From the NCBI GenBank assembly GCA_965200965.1, contig OZ241744.1, forward strand, positions 96,001-160,000: a stretch of DNA of 64,000 nt, given 5' to 3'. Below the pieces are notes generated by a model. The model was given only the letters and a program-made list of their open reading frames with translations, did no database searches and was not told where the DNA came from. Source of the DNA: an uncultured Candidatus Binatia bacterium. GTDB lineage: Bacteria > Desulfobacterota > Binatia > Bin18. How positions within the stretch are numbered: the stretch's first letter is position 1; each line of letters begins with the position of its first letter. The position numbers and the translations under genes are program-made. Positions 46,424-56,280 of this stretch are shown piece after piece.

Positions 46424-47218
46424 TTGGCAGAAACACAAGGATGGCAAGACGAAACGGTACAGGTCGCTGGTACCGAGTTGGCAGTGACGAAGAGAGGCTC
46501 CGGTCCCGCCCTGCTCGTGTTACACGAAGAACTGGGACATCCAGGCATTACCCGCTGGCATGAAGAGTTGGCCCGAACCCATACGGTGATGATTCCGCAC
46601 CATCCGGGCTTTGGCAAATCACCCCGGGTTGAATGGGTCAACAATGTGCGCGACTTGGCCGGTTTCTACTCGCAGGTGCTCCAGGACCAGGGGCTGGCAC
46701 CGACGAATGTCATTGGCTTTTCGCTGGGCGGCTGGGTTGCGGCGGAGATGGCGGCCGCCAACGCCGGCCAGTTCCGGCGTCTGGTGCTGGTTGGCGCGAC
46801 CGGTATCCGACCGCCCGAGGGCGAGATCAAAGATATGTTCGTGGTGACCGCCCGCGCCTATCTTGATGCCAGCGTGGCCGACATGGAAAACACCCCGGAG
46901 TTCGCCAAACTGTACGGCGGTGAGCAGACCCCCGAGCAGTACGAAGCCTGGGAAGACGCGCGGGCCGAGACCGCCCGTATCGCCTGGCAGCCGTACATGT
47001 TCTACCCCAGCCTCGGTCCGCTGCTGGCCGGGGCCAAAGACCTGCCGACCCTCATCATCTGGGGCCGGGACGATGCCGTTGTGCCGCTCAGTGCCGGCCA
47101 AGCCTATAACAAGGCGATTCCCGGCTCCGAGCTCGTCGTGTTTGACAACTGTGGCCACCGGCCCGAGATTGAGCAGGCCGACGCCTTTGTTGAGCGGGTC
47201 CGGCGTTTTCTGGCCTAG
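46424..47218 (+). CDS. alpha/beta-fold hydrolase
   Basis: Own RBS GAAAGGAGG plus TTG 46424; GSGPALLVLH, GFSLGG, WGRDD, CGH. Confidence 0.85.
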   Translation: MAETQGWQDETVQVAGTELAVTKRGSGPALLVLHEELGHPGITRWHEELARTHTVMIPHHPGFGKSPRVEWVNNVRDLAGFYSQVLQDQGLAPTNVIGFSLGGWVAAEMAAANAGQFRRLVLVGATGIRPPEGEIKDMFVVTARAYLDASVADMENTPEFAKLYGGEQTPEQYEAWEDARAETARIAWQPYMFYPSLGPLLAGAKDLPTLIIWGRDDAVVPLSAGQAYNKAIPGSELVVFDNCGHRPEIEQADAFVERVRRFLA

Positions 47219-47268
47219 CCTGCTGCTGCGCCAGACCAGGCCGACCCAGCCTGGTCCTGGCCGTGGTC

Positions 47269-48423
47269 CTAATCCCGATACGCGGTGTACTCACGGCCAA
47301 ACGCCTCACGGGCGACAATACCCTTCATGATCTCCGGCGTGCCGTCGCCGATTTCCAGGCCGAGCACATCCCGCCAGCGCTGCTCCAGCGGCGCGTCCAT
47401 GCTGTAGCCGTAATGGCCGTGTAAAATGATGCAGGCGTGAATCGCCTCAGCCGAGAACTTAGGCCCCATCCATTTGGCCATCGCTGCTTCTTGTGTGTGT
47501 TTGCGGCCCTGATCTTTGAGCCACAGACACTTGTAGGACACCAAACGGGCTGCTTCGAGCAGGCTCAGATGCTCGGCAATCTGAAACGCCACGCCCTCAA
47601 ACTTGGCCAAGGGTTTGCCAAACACGGTTCGCTCCTTGGTGTACTCAATGGTCTCGTCGAGCGACTGCTGGGCGGCACCGATACAGGCCAAGCCGATAAT
47701 TGCCCGGTTGAAATCAAAGGCGACCATGGCCTGCTGAAAGCCTCGGCTCTCATCACCGACCCGATTGCGAGCCGGCACCCGCACTCTGTCAAAAAACAGC
47801 GAGCCACGCTGGGTCAAGCGTTCGCCCGGGCTCTTGTACACTTGGCGGCCGACGCCCGGGCTGTCGAGCGGGACCAGAAACGCGGACAGGCCGCGGGCTC
47901 CCTGCTCACCGGTGCGGGCAAAGACAATGCAGGCGTCGGCATACCCGGCAAAGGTAATTGAGGCTTTTTCGCCGCTGATGACATAGTCGTCACCCATCTG
48001 CTCGGCCCGGGTGGCGATGTGAGCCGCGTCTGAGCCGGCGCTCGGCTCGGTCAGACCAAAAGCGATGACCGCGTCACCCGTGACATGCCGGGGCAGCCAC
48101 TCGGCCTGAACCTCAGGCTGGGCATAGTCGGCCAGCAGTTCCGAGCCGATGAGACCCAGTTGGATATACAGGCTATAGTTGAAGTCCCCCCGTGACAGCT
48201 CCTCAGTCATCAGGCCGCAGGTGACATAGTCGGCCTCCTGACCACCGAACTTTTCCGGCACCCGCAGCCCGAAGATGCCGAGTTGGGCCGCCTCACGCAA
48301 CTCCTCGCGGCCAATCGTGTGGCCCCTGTCCCAGTGGGCGTACTTGGGCAACAGTTTTTCCTTGGCGTACTGGCGCAGGCTGTCTTGGAGCAGGCGTTGA
48401 TCTTGACTGAAGGCGAAGTCCAT
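47269..48423 (-). CDS. acyl-CoA dehydrogenase (cyclohexanecarboxyl-CoA dehydrogenase-like)
   Basis: FGLTEPSAGSDAA, GEKASITF, R.VFGKP, HGHYGY, EIGDGT. Confidence 0.88.
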   Translation of the reverse strand: MDFAFSQDQRLLQDSLRQYAKEKLLPKYAHWDRGHTIGREELREAAQLGIFGLRVPEKFGGQEADYVTCGLMTEELSRGDFNYSLYIQLGLIGSELLADYAQPEVQAEWLPRHVTGDAVIAFGLTEPSAGSDAAHIATRAEQMGDDYVISGEKASITFAGYADACIVFARTGEQGARGLSAFLVPLDSPGVGRQVYKSPGERLTQRGSLFFDRVRVPARNRVGDESRGFQQAMVAFDFNRAIIGLACIGAAQQSLDETIEYTKERTVFGKPLAKFEGVAFQIAEHLSLLEAARLVSYKCLWLKDQGRKHTQEAAMAKWMGPKFSAEAIHACIILHGHYGYSMDAPLEQRWRDVLGLEIGDGTPEIMKGIVAREAFGREYTAYRD

Positions 48424-48622
48424 GGCGCTCCTCCCAGCGTGGGTACCCATGATACTTGGGCACGGGAGGGGGCCGCAAGATATGCCCAGAGAGGCAAGTC
48501 TGGCCCCCTGTTTCGCTTTTTTGGCCGGAGTGGGCTATAAGCCGCCAGGGGACTGTGATTGAGGGAAGGCGGTGATCTCAGGTGGTCGCCGCCGCTCGCC
48601 TTGCAGGAGTAAGGAGCCAGAT

Positions 48623-49810
48623 ATGGATTTTAGCTATTCACCGGAAGAAGAAAAATTCCGTGGGGAAGTCCGGGCCTGGATGGACGCCAATGTGCCGGAC
48701 GAGCTGCGGGGCGGCAAGGACGAAGACCTGGAGCCCGAAGAACGCTGGCGGCGCGGGCTTGACTGGCATCAGAAACTCCACGAAGGGGGCTGGGTCGGCC
48801 TGTGGTGGCCCGAGGAGTACGGCGGGCGTGGGGCATCGCTCATTGAACAGGCGATCTTCAATGAGGAGATGAGTCGCCTGGGCGTGTCGCAGGGGGTGAA
48901 TCTGAGCGGCATTTCGCTGCTGGGACCGACCCTGATGCACTGGGGAACGGAGGCGCAGAAGGAACGTTTCCTGCCCAGGATCCTGCCGGCCGAACACATT
49001 TGGTGCCAGGGCTATTCCGAGCCGGGCTCGGGCTCGGACCTGGCCTCGATACAGACCCGGGCGGTTGAAGATGGCGACTATTTTGTGATCAACGGTCAGA
49101 AGGTGTGGACGAGTTGGGCACAGTACTCGGACTGGTGTTTTGTGTTGGTGCGGACAGACCCCGACGCCCCCAAACATAAGGGCATCAGCTATATCCTGGT
49201 CGATATGCACAGCCCCGGCGTGACGGTCCGGCCCCTGCTTCAGATCAACGGCGACTCGGAGTTCAACGAGGTGTTTTTTGAGGAGGTGCGTGTGCCCAGA
49301 GAGAACTTGCTCGGCGACCTCAATCAGGGCTGGATGGTGGCGATTACCACCCTCATGTTTGAGCGGGTGTCGAGCGGCAGCTTTTACCGCTTTGAGAAGG
49401 TCTTGCCCCAGTTGTACGAGCTGGCCCGGCAGCTTGAGTTGGGCGGTCGGCCGGCGATTGAGGACGAGGCCGTACGCCAAAAACTGGTTCAGTTCTCTAT
49501 TGAGGCCCAAGCCATCAAGTATAACGACCTGCGGCGGCTGACCCGCCAGCTCCAGGGCCAGCCGCCGGGACCCGAAGGCTCGTTTTCCAAGATCATGTCA
49601 AGCGAACTCAACATGCGGGTGGTTGACTTTGCGATGGAATTGCTGGGGCCGTATTCGGTGCTGGCCAAGGGATCGCCGTTTGCCCTGGATCAGGCCCGCT
49701 GGTCGTATCGGATGCTGAGCGCGCGAGGCGGCACGATCGCCGCCGGCACGAATGAGATTTTGCGTGGGGTGATCGGCGAGCGCGTGCTAGGGCTGCCCAA
49801 GTCCCGCTAG
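48623..49810 (+). CDS. acyl-CoA dehydrogenase family protein
   Basis: WCQGYSEPGSGSDLAS, NGQKVWTS, FNEVFF, TIAAGTNEI.R..IGERVLGLP. Confidence 0.92.
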   Translation: MDFSYSPEEEKFRGEVRAWMDANVPDELRGGKDEDLEPEERWRRGLDWHQKLHEGGWVGLWWPEEYGGRGASLIEQAIFNEEMSRLGVSQGVNLSGISLLGPTLMHWGTEAQKERFLPRILPAEHIWCQGYSEPGSGSDLASIQTRAVEDGDYFVINGQKVWTSWAQYSDWCFVLVRTDPDAPKHKGISYILVDMHSPGVTVRPLLQINGDSEFNEVFFEEVRVPRENLLGDLNQGWMVAITTLMFERVSSGSFYRFEKVLPQLYELARQLELGGRPAIEDEAVRQKLVQFSIEAQAIKYNDLRRLTRQLQGQPPGPEGSFSKIMSSELNMRVVDFAMELLGPYSVLAKGSPFALDQARWSYRMLSARGGTIAAGTNEILRGVIGERVLGLPKSR

Positions 49811-49878
49811 GACCTCAAACGCTTGACACCCCGGAGAGGCCTGGACTAGCATGGCCGGCCGCACAAAAGGAGGAAGCT

Positions 49879-50663
49879 ATGGCGAGTGGAACAGCGACCA
49901 AGATGTGGGCCCTGCCCAACGCAACCCTGACCGTGCCGCAGAGTCTCCTGGCCCACGGCGGGTCTGATGCACTGGTGGAGATTCCGTGCCCAGCCTATCT
50001 GATCGAACACCCCAAGGGCTTGGTCCTGTTTGATACCGGCTGCCATCCGGCTGCGGCCGATGACCCAGTCGGCCACTGGGGGCCGTTTGCCGAAGCCCTT
50101 CAGATCACCTACCCCAAAGAGCTGCTGCTTGACCGCCAGATTCAGGCTCTAGGCTACAAGATGGAAGACATCAAATATGTGATCGTCTCCCACCTGCATC
50201 TCGACCACACCGGCTATCTGCACGCCTTTCCGAACGCCAGGTTCCTGATTATGGAAAACGAGTTGCGCTACGCCTACTGGCCGGATACGCATCTCCGGGA
50301 CGTGTTTGTGTTCAAAGATATTGTACCGACCCGCAACTTCGACTGGCTGGAACTCCAGGGCGACTTTGACGTGTTTGGCGACAGCAGCCTGCACCTGCTG
50401 AAAACCCCCGGCCACACGCCGGGCGAAAGCTCGCTGTATGTCCGCCTGCCCAACCGCTCCATCCTGCTCGTTGGCGATACGCTCCACCTGCGGATGCAGT
50501 TCGACACCCTGGCCGGGATGCCGTTGGACACCGATCCAATCAGTCGTCCCTGTCGATCCAGCGTATCAAAGCGTTGCGCGACCTGCACGAGGCCAGCGTC
50601 TGGATTTCGCACGATCCCGATGACTGGGCCGAGTTTCCGCACGCGCCCACGGCGATCGAATAG
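49879..50663 (+). CDS. N-acyl-homoserine-lactonase-family metallo-beta-lactamase (frameshift near 50540)
   Basis: YLIEHPKG.VLFDTG, SHLHLDH, TPGHTPG; the C-terminus SIQRIKALRD..WISHDP..W is in a shifted frame ending at TAG 50663. Confidence 0.8.
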
Positions 50664-50677
50664 GCCGGAGAAGACCT

Positions 50678-51178
50678 ATGCCGCTGTACGAATACCACTG
50701 TGTTGCCTGTCAGCTCACCTTTGAGGAGTTGAGCGCAATGGGTGAGTCCAACAAGAAGAAGGCCTGTCCGAGTTGCGGCAAACGCGCCCCCCGGATCGTG
50801 TCAGCCTTTGCCATTAGCTCCGGCACGCTTGATGTCCACGCCGGACAACAGCCCCGGCCCACTCCCCAGAATCAGCACCAGCGGCCCCTATGCATGCGCT
50901 ATCCGCAGGTTCCGCTGTCGTGCCACATGGACGAGTACTCGGTCAAACGCTTTGCCGCTCACAGCGTCGGCCGAGGCAACGAATTTGACGGTGAGGTGGC
51001 CAGAGCGGCTGAGGTGCGCAAACAGCGCGGGCTGCCGGAACGCCAGTACGCGCCGCCCTCGCACGGTCACGACCACGGCCCGAACCACAAGACGACCGAG
51101 GCCGGCCATAATTTCCGTCGTCACGCCCACAGCTACGCCAAGGGCCACTCCTCTGCTGAGGAGGATCACACCCACTAG
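50678..51178 (+). CDS. FmdB-family zinc-ribbon protein with a His-rich tail
   Basis: MPLYEYHCVAC..FE...CPSCG. Confidence 0.8.
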   Translation: MPLYEYHCVACQLTFEELSAMGESNKKKACPSCGKRAPRIVSAFAISSGTLDVHAGQQPRPTPQNQHQRPLCMRYPQVPLSCHMDEYSVKRFAAHSVGRGNEFDGEVARAAEVRKQRGLPERQYAPPSHGHDHGPNHKTTEAGHNFRRHAHSYAKGHSSAEEDHTH

Positions 51179-51255
51179 CCACGCGGTCGGGAACCCCAGA
51201 CCGCGTCTGCCTCTCCCAGAGGGCAAGAGCATTTCCCGACCCGAGGAAAAACCCC

Positions 51256-52194
51256 ATGCAGGTCGCGGTCCTCGGTACCGGTGTGGTTGGCTTGAGTACG
51301 GCCCTTGTGGCCCAACAGCGCGGCTGGAACGTCACCCTGTATACCGACCGCCTGCCGCTGCGGACCACCTCGGTTAAGGCCGCGGCCAGTTTCAAGCCCT
51401 ACGCGGTAGGCTATGATGAGCGGACCCAGCGTCTGCTTGAAGATAGCTGGACTGCATTTGAGAAGGTTCTTGTCCAGGCCGACGCGGCCGCGGGCGTGCG
51501 GAAACACATCCATTGGGAGGCCAGCAGCGTGCCCAGACCCAGGGCCGACTATCTGTCGGTGATGCAGCAGGTGCGTATCCTGGAACGGCCCGAGGTGCCC
51601 GGTGGCTACGCTTTTGGCTGGCACTATCGGACTTTTTTTATTGACATGCCGCTGTACCTGCCGTGGTTGATGGCCCAGTTTGAGAAAAACAACGGCCGCG
51701 TCGTGGTCGTTGAGCGGCAATTTACCGACCTGGAGCAGCTGGCCTGCCTGCCCGCCGATATTGTTTTCAACTGTAGTGGATTGGGATCACGCCAGCTCTG
51801 TCACGACCCGCGGCTGATACCGGTCAAGGGCCAGGTCGCGGTCGTCGCCTCCCAGCCGGACATGGACTGGTCGATCAACGCCGACGGCTTTTCCGTCTAT
51901 CCGCGAAAAACCGAGACGCTGCTAGGTGGAACGACCGAGCATAACGTTGATACCGAAACGGTTGACAGCGGGGCGCTGCACCTGATTATCAGCGGCAACA
52001 AACGCGTTCTGCCCGGTCTGGAGTTGAGCGCTGTCCGCCGTGCCTATGCCGGGCTGCGTCCGTATCGAGAGGGCGGCATTCGGATTGCGGCCGAAGAGCG
52101 AAGCGGTCGGCGTATTATCCACAATTACGGCCACGGCGGGGCAGGGGTGACCCTGTCGTGGGGGAGTGCCCAGGCGGCGCTGGACCGTGTCTGA
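51256..52194 (+). CDS. D-amino-acid oxidase (FAD-dependent)
   Basis: VAVLGTGVVGLSTA, TTS..AAA, YLPWL, NCSGLG, P.KGQ, GLRPYR, HNYGHGGAG.T.SWG.A. Confidence 0.85.
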   Translation: MQVAVLGTGVVGLSTALVAQQRGWNVTLYTDRLPLRTTSVKAAASFKPYAVGYDERTQRLLEDSWTAFEKVLVQADAAAGVRKHIHWEASSVPRPRADYLSVMQQVRILERPEVPGGYAFGWHYRTFFIDMPLYLPWLMAQFEKNNGRVVVVERQFTDLEQLACLPADIVFNCSGLGSRQLCHDPRLIPVKGQVAVVASQPDMDWSINADGFSVYPRKTETLLGGTTEHNVDTETVDSGALHLIISGNKRVLPGLELSAVRRAYAGLRPYREGGIRIAAEERSGRRIIHNYGHGGAGVTLSWGSAQAALDRV

Positions 52195-52195
52195 G

Positions 52196-53608
52196 ATGAC
52201 CATTGAGCAGCTGCGCAGCCGCTATCCACAGTTCAGGTATGAAGCCTGCTCCTACACCCGTCGCGGGAAGTGCTTGCAGCTGCGTTTCCACTTTGTCGTT
52301 GAGCCGGATATTGTCTTTCGACCCCAACTCAGCCTCGAAGCAGTGGACCCCCAACGGCTCGCCAGCCTGGAGCCGCGGGTTCTCGACAACCTCGTCTTTC
52401 ATCTCGGCTTGATTGAGATACTGAGCTACTGGAAAGCTACCTGCTCACCCCACATCCTTGTCCAGGCCGGTTATTTGGACGCCCGGCAGATTGACTGGTG
52501 GAAAGATTTGCTGCTGTACGGCCTGCGGGAGTTCTTTTACCGCAACCGCATCAACTACAAGCAGAAAAATTTTGTGCGGCTGAGCACCGACCGCACGCCG
52601 CCCAGCAGAAAACCGGTCTACACCCAAGTGCTACAGGACGAGCGGGATATGCTGCTGTTGAGCGGCGGCAAAGACTCCGCGCTCAGCGTACAGATGTTGC
52701 GAGACGGCCGGCGGTCGTTCAACGCCCTTCTGCTCAATCCGGCTCCCGCGGCGCGCGCCCTGGCCGCCCGGGCTGGCTGTCCGGCCCCGATTATTGTCAG
52801 CCGGGCGATCGACCCCCGGCTGCTCCAGCTCAACATCGCCGGCTATCTGAACGGCCACACACCGTTTTCGGCCTATCTGGCCATGCTCGGGGTGCTGGCC
52901 GCGGTGGTGGGCAACTACCGCCGGATTGTGGTCTCCAACGAACGCAGCAGTGAGGAGGCGTCGGTCCAGTATCTGGGCAGCGGGGTGAACCATCAATACT
53001 CAAAGACGCTCCGTTTTGAACGCGCCTTTCAGTGGTATAGCCGCAGGTATTTGGCTAGCCGGGCCTATTATTTCAGCCTGCTGCGGCCCTTGTACGAGTT
53101 GCAGATTACGCGCCTGTTTGCCCGCTATCCCGAGTATTTTGGGGTGTTCAAAAGCTGTAACCGCAAGCTCAAAGAGGACGCTTGGTGCGGTGCCTGCGCC
53201 AAGTGCGTGTTCGTTTTCACCGCCTTACACCCGTTTCTCAGAGCGGACGAGCTGCTGGGTATTTTTGGTCGTGACCTGTTTGCCGACGAGGGCTCAATTG
53301 GCCGTATCCGCGAGCTGCTCGGCTTTCAGGAACACAGGCCGTTTGAGTGCGTTGGGACGAGCCGTGAAGTCTTGGCCGCGCTGTATCTCAGTATCAGCCA
53401 GACCAGGCCGACATCCCTGCCTGCGGTGTTACGCTATGTGGCCGCCGAGATCCTTCCCCGGTCTCCCAACCCTGCCCATACGGTCGAGGAGTTGCTGGAT
53501 GGCTGGGGCGAGCGCCACAGCCTGCCCCGGGCGTATGCGGAGTTGCTGCGTCACGGTCTTGACCAGGCCGTCGGTCCAGGTCCCCGGAAAGCGTGGGCCG
53601 GGCGGTGA
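52196..53608 (+). CDS. murL: UDP-MurNAc-L-Ala-L-Glu epimerase
   Basis: SYWKA, LSGGKDS, LNGH.P.SA, SNERSS, NHQYSK, SCN..WCG.C.KC, PFECVG; coupled to a murD-like gene. Confidence 0.85.
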   Translation: MTIEQLRSRYPQFRYEACSYTRRGKCLQLRFHFVVEPDIVFRPQLSLEAVDPQRLASLEPRVLDNLVFHLGLIEILSYWKATCSPHILVQAGYLDARQIDWWKDLLLYGLREFFYRNRINYKQKNFVRLSTDRTPPSRKPVYTQVLQDERDMLLLSGGKDSALSVQMLRDGRRSFNALLLNPAPAARALAARAGCPAPIIVSRAIDPRLLQLNIAGYLNGHTPFSAYLAMLGVLAAVVGNYRRIVVSNERSSEEASVQYLGSGVNHQYSKTLRFERAFQWYSRRYLASRAYYFSLLRPLYELQITRLFARYPEYFGVFKSCNRKLKEDAWCGACAKCVFVFTALHPFLRADELLGIFGRDLFADEGSIGRIRELLGFQEHRPFECVGTSREVLAALYLSISQTRPTSLPAVLRYVAAEILPRSPNPAHTVEELLDGWGERHSLPRAYAELLRHGLDQAVGPGPRKAWAGR

Positions 53609-55041
53609 AGTTTGCGGTGCTCGGGCCGTCGTCGGTCCTCATTCTGGGGCTCGGCCAAGAGGGGCTGTCAACGCTCGGCTTTCTGCGCCGACGCTTCCCC
53701 AACAAACGCTTTGGTCTGGCCGACCGGGCCGAGTTTGACGGGCTGAGCGCCCAGGCCCAGGCCCTGATACGCGCCCAGACCGGGCGGCTGCGGCTCCATC
53801 TGGGGACAGACTATCTGAACAGCTTGGCCAACTATGACGTGGTTATCAAATCACCCGGGATTCCTCCTACCCAGCCCGTTATCCAGCGGGCCGAGGCGCT
53901 GGGCAAGCTGACCTCACACACCGCGTTGTTCTTCGACAACTGCGACGGGACGATTATCGGCATTACCGGCACCAAGGGTAAGAGCACGACCGCGGCGCTG
54001 ACCCACGCCATCTTACGCAGCGGCGGAATAGACGCCCGGCTGGTCGGTAATATCGGGCGGCCGCCGCTGGACATCTTTGCCGACACCGACGCCCGGACCG
54101 TTTTTGTGTATGAGCTGTCCTCCCACCAACTGGAGGGGCTGCGGCACAGTCCGCATATTGCCGCGCTGCTGAATATCATGCCCGATCATCTGGATTACTA
54201 CCCGAGCTTTGAGCACTATGCGCGGGCCAAGCTGAATATGGCCCGCTATCAATCGGCCGGGGATTATCTGATCTATAACGCCGACTTCGCCTGGCTGAGT
54301 CAGGCGGCGGCCGAGTCATGCGCTCAGACCATTCCCTTTTCCTCCCGGCGACGCTTGGAGCGAGGCTGTTTTGTGTCCAATGGGCGGGTCATCTTTCGCT
54401 CGGCAAGCGGCGACGAAGAACCGCTGCTGGCAGTCAAAGACGTTCCGCTGCCGGGTCAGTTTAATCTGCCCAATGTGCTGGCCGCGGTGGCAACGGGTCG
54501 GCTGTTGGGGGTCAGGCCCGACCGCCTGGACGGTGCGGTGCGGAGCTTCCAGGCCCTGGAGCACCGCTTTGAGGCGCTCGGCCCCTACCGTGGTATCACC
54601 TTCTATAATGCCCCGCTGGCGACCGTGCCCGAGGCAACCCTGGCCCACCTTGATACCCTTGGCCCGGATGTGCAGACTGTTCTACTAGGCGGCTATGACC
54701 GACACCTTGACTTCTCCGATCTGGCCGGACGCTTGGTCAGCGGCCGGATCAAGAACCTGCTGCTGTTTCCAAGCAGCGGCCGGCGGCTCTGGCGGGCAGT
54801 CTGTGCCCAAAGAAGCACCCCGGGCCGTGGCCCCCGGGCCTTTTTTGTCAACAGTATGGAACAGGCCGTGCGTCTGGCTTATGCCCAGACCGAGCCGGGT
54901 AAAATTTGCCTGCACTCCCCGGCCTCACCAAGTTTTGGGCTGTTCAAAGACTACACAGAACGCGGCAGGCTGTTCAAAGATTGCGTCCGGCGCGTAGCCG
55001 CGGCTGGACATGGCCTAGAGACATCCCGGCCGATGCGATAA
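53605..55041 (+). CDS. murD2: MurD-family ligase, probably MurD2 (adds L-Glu)
   Basis: ILGLGQEG, KSPGI, GITGTKGKSTT, GNIG, ELSSHQ, DHLD, HR.E, SPASPSF; overlaps murL. Confidence 0.8.
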   Translation: MKFAVLGPSSVLILGLGQEGLSTLGFLRRRFPNKRFGLADRAEFDGLSAQAQALIRAQTGRLRLHLGTDYLNSLANYDVVIKSPGIPPTQPVIQRAEALGKLTSHTALFFDNCDGTIIGITGTKGKSTTAALTHAILRSGGIDARLVGNIGRPPLDIFADTDARTVFVYELSSHQLEGLRHSPHIAALLNIMPDHLDYYPSFEHYARAKLNMARYQSAGDYLIYNADFAWLSQAAAESCAQTIPFSSRRRLERGCFVSNGRVIFRSASGDEEPLLAVKDVPLPGQFNLPNVLAAVATGRLLGVRPDRLDGAVRSFQALEHRFEALGPYRGITFYNAPLATVPEATLAHLDTLGPDVQTVLLGGYDRHLDFSDLAGRLVSGRIKNLLLFPSSGRRLWRAVCAQRSTPGRGPRAFFVNSMEQAVRLAYAQTEPGKICLHSPASPSFGLFKDYTERGRLFKDCVRRVAAAGHGLETSRPMR

Positions 55042-55072
55042 AGGAAAGGCGCAGACAAGGAGGACACACGGC

Positions 55073-55483
55073 ATGGCAGACACTCCGAACTTTCCCCGTC
55101 CTATTCCCAGCTTTGATGCCCAGGAATACTGGGAGGGCTGCAAGCGCGGCGAACTGTGGATGCAGCGCCACAAAGAGTCCGGGCAGTGGTATCCGCCGAA
55201 CCTGTTTGGGCCGTGTCAGGTTTTAGGCCGGGAGTGGGTCAGGGTCAGCGGCAGGGGCAAGGTCTACTCGTACACGCTTATCACCCATCCGGTTCATCCC
55301 GCGGCCAGAGACCGGGTTCCCTACAATGTGATCCAGGTCCAGCTTGACGAAGATCCCGAACTCATCATGGTCAGCAGTCTGGAGGACATTGAGAACGAAG
55401 ACATCACTATCGGCATGCCGGTTGAGGTCGTGTTCACCGAGCACGAGCCCGATGTGTATCTTCCCAAATTCAGACCCGTGTAG
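55073..55483 (+). CDS. DUF35/ChsH2-like OB-fold protein
   Basis: YWEG..RGEL.MQR, SGRGKVYSYT, VPY....V.L.E, IGMPVEV.F. Confidence 0.8.
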   Translation: MADTPNFPRPIPSFDAQEYWEGCKRGELWMQRHKESGQWYPPNLFGPCQVLGREWVRVSGRGKVYSYTLITHPVHPAARDRVPYNVIQVQLDEDPELIMVSSLEDIENEDITIGMPVEVVFTEHEPDVYLPKFRPV

Positions 55484-55492
55484 GAGATCGGT

Positions 55493-56275
55493 ATGCAACT
55501 CAAGCTAGAGGGGAAAGTCGCTCTTGTGACCGGCGGCAGTAAGGGCATTGGGCGGGCCACGGCACTCAGCTTTCTTGCCGAGGGCGCAGCGGTTCTGGTG
55601 TGCGCCCGGGGTCAAGAAGCCCTGGATGAGACGGTCAAGCTGGCCGGCGAGCAGGGCGCGGGCACGATCCTGGCCGTGCAGGCCGACCTGACGCAGGGCG
55701 CGGAGATCAAGAGGGTGGTGGCCCGCTGCATTGAGCGGTTTGGCCGGGCCGATATCCTGGTCAATAATGCCGGCAGCGCCCGCCCGGGCGATTTTCTGGA
55801 GTTGCCGGACGAAGCCTGGCTCGACGACTGGACGCTCAAGTTCTTCGGCTATATGCGCATGGCCCGGGCGGTCTTTCCCCATATGCAGCGCCAGCAGGCC
55901 GGGGTGATCGTCAATGTCATCGGCACTGGCGCGCTCAAGCCGATGGGCAGCTATATGATCGGCGGGGCGGCCAACGCCGCGCTCAACCATTTTACCAAGG
56001 CACTGGCCGATGAGGGAGCTAAAAACAAGGTTCGGGTGGTCGGGGTGAACCCCGGGCCGATCCTGACCGAGCGCCTCCAGCGTTTCATCTCAACCTTCAG
56101 CCCCAAGAGCAGCAGCCCGGAAGAAGCGCTGCAAAAGATGACTCCTCTGGGCCGTGTCGGCCAGCCCGAAGAAGTCGCCGACCTGATCCTGTTCCTCGCT
56201 TCTGACCGGGCAGCGTTTATTCACGGGGCGAATATCACCATTGACGGCGGGGCTAATCAGGGCTTGATGGGCTAG
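55493..56275 (+). CDS. short-chain dehydrogenase/reductase
   Basis: VTGGSKGIG, LVNNAG, VNPGPI.T, PLGRVG.PEEVA. Confidence 0.9.
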   Translation: MQLKLEGKVALVTGGSKGIGRATALSFLAEGAAVLVCARGQEALDETVKLAGEQGAGTILAVQADLTQGAEIKRVVARCIERFGRADILVNNAGSARPGDFLELPDEAWLDDWTLKFFGYMRMARAVFPHMQRQQAGVIVNVIGTGALKPMGSYMIGGAANAALNHFTKALADEGAKNKVRVVGVNPGPILTERLQRFISTFSPKSSSPEEALQKMTPLGRVGQPEEVADLILFLASDRAAFIHGANITIDGGANQGLMG

Positions 56276-56280
56276 GCAGG

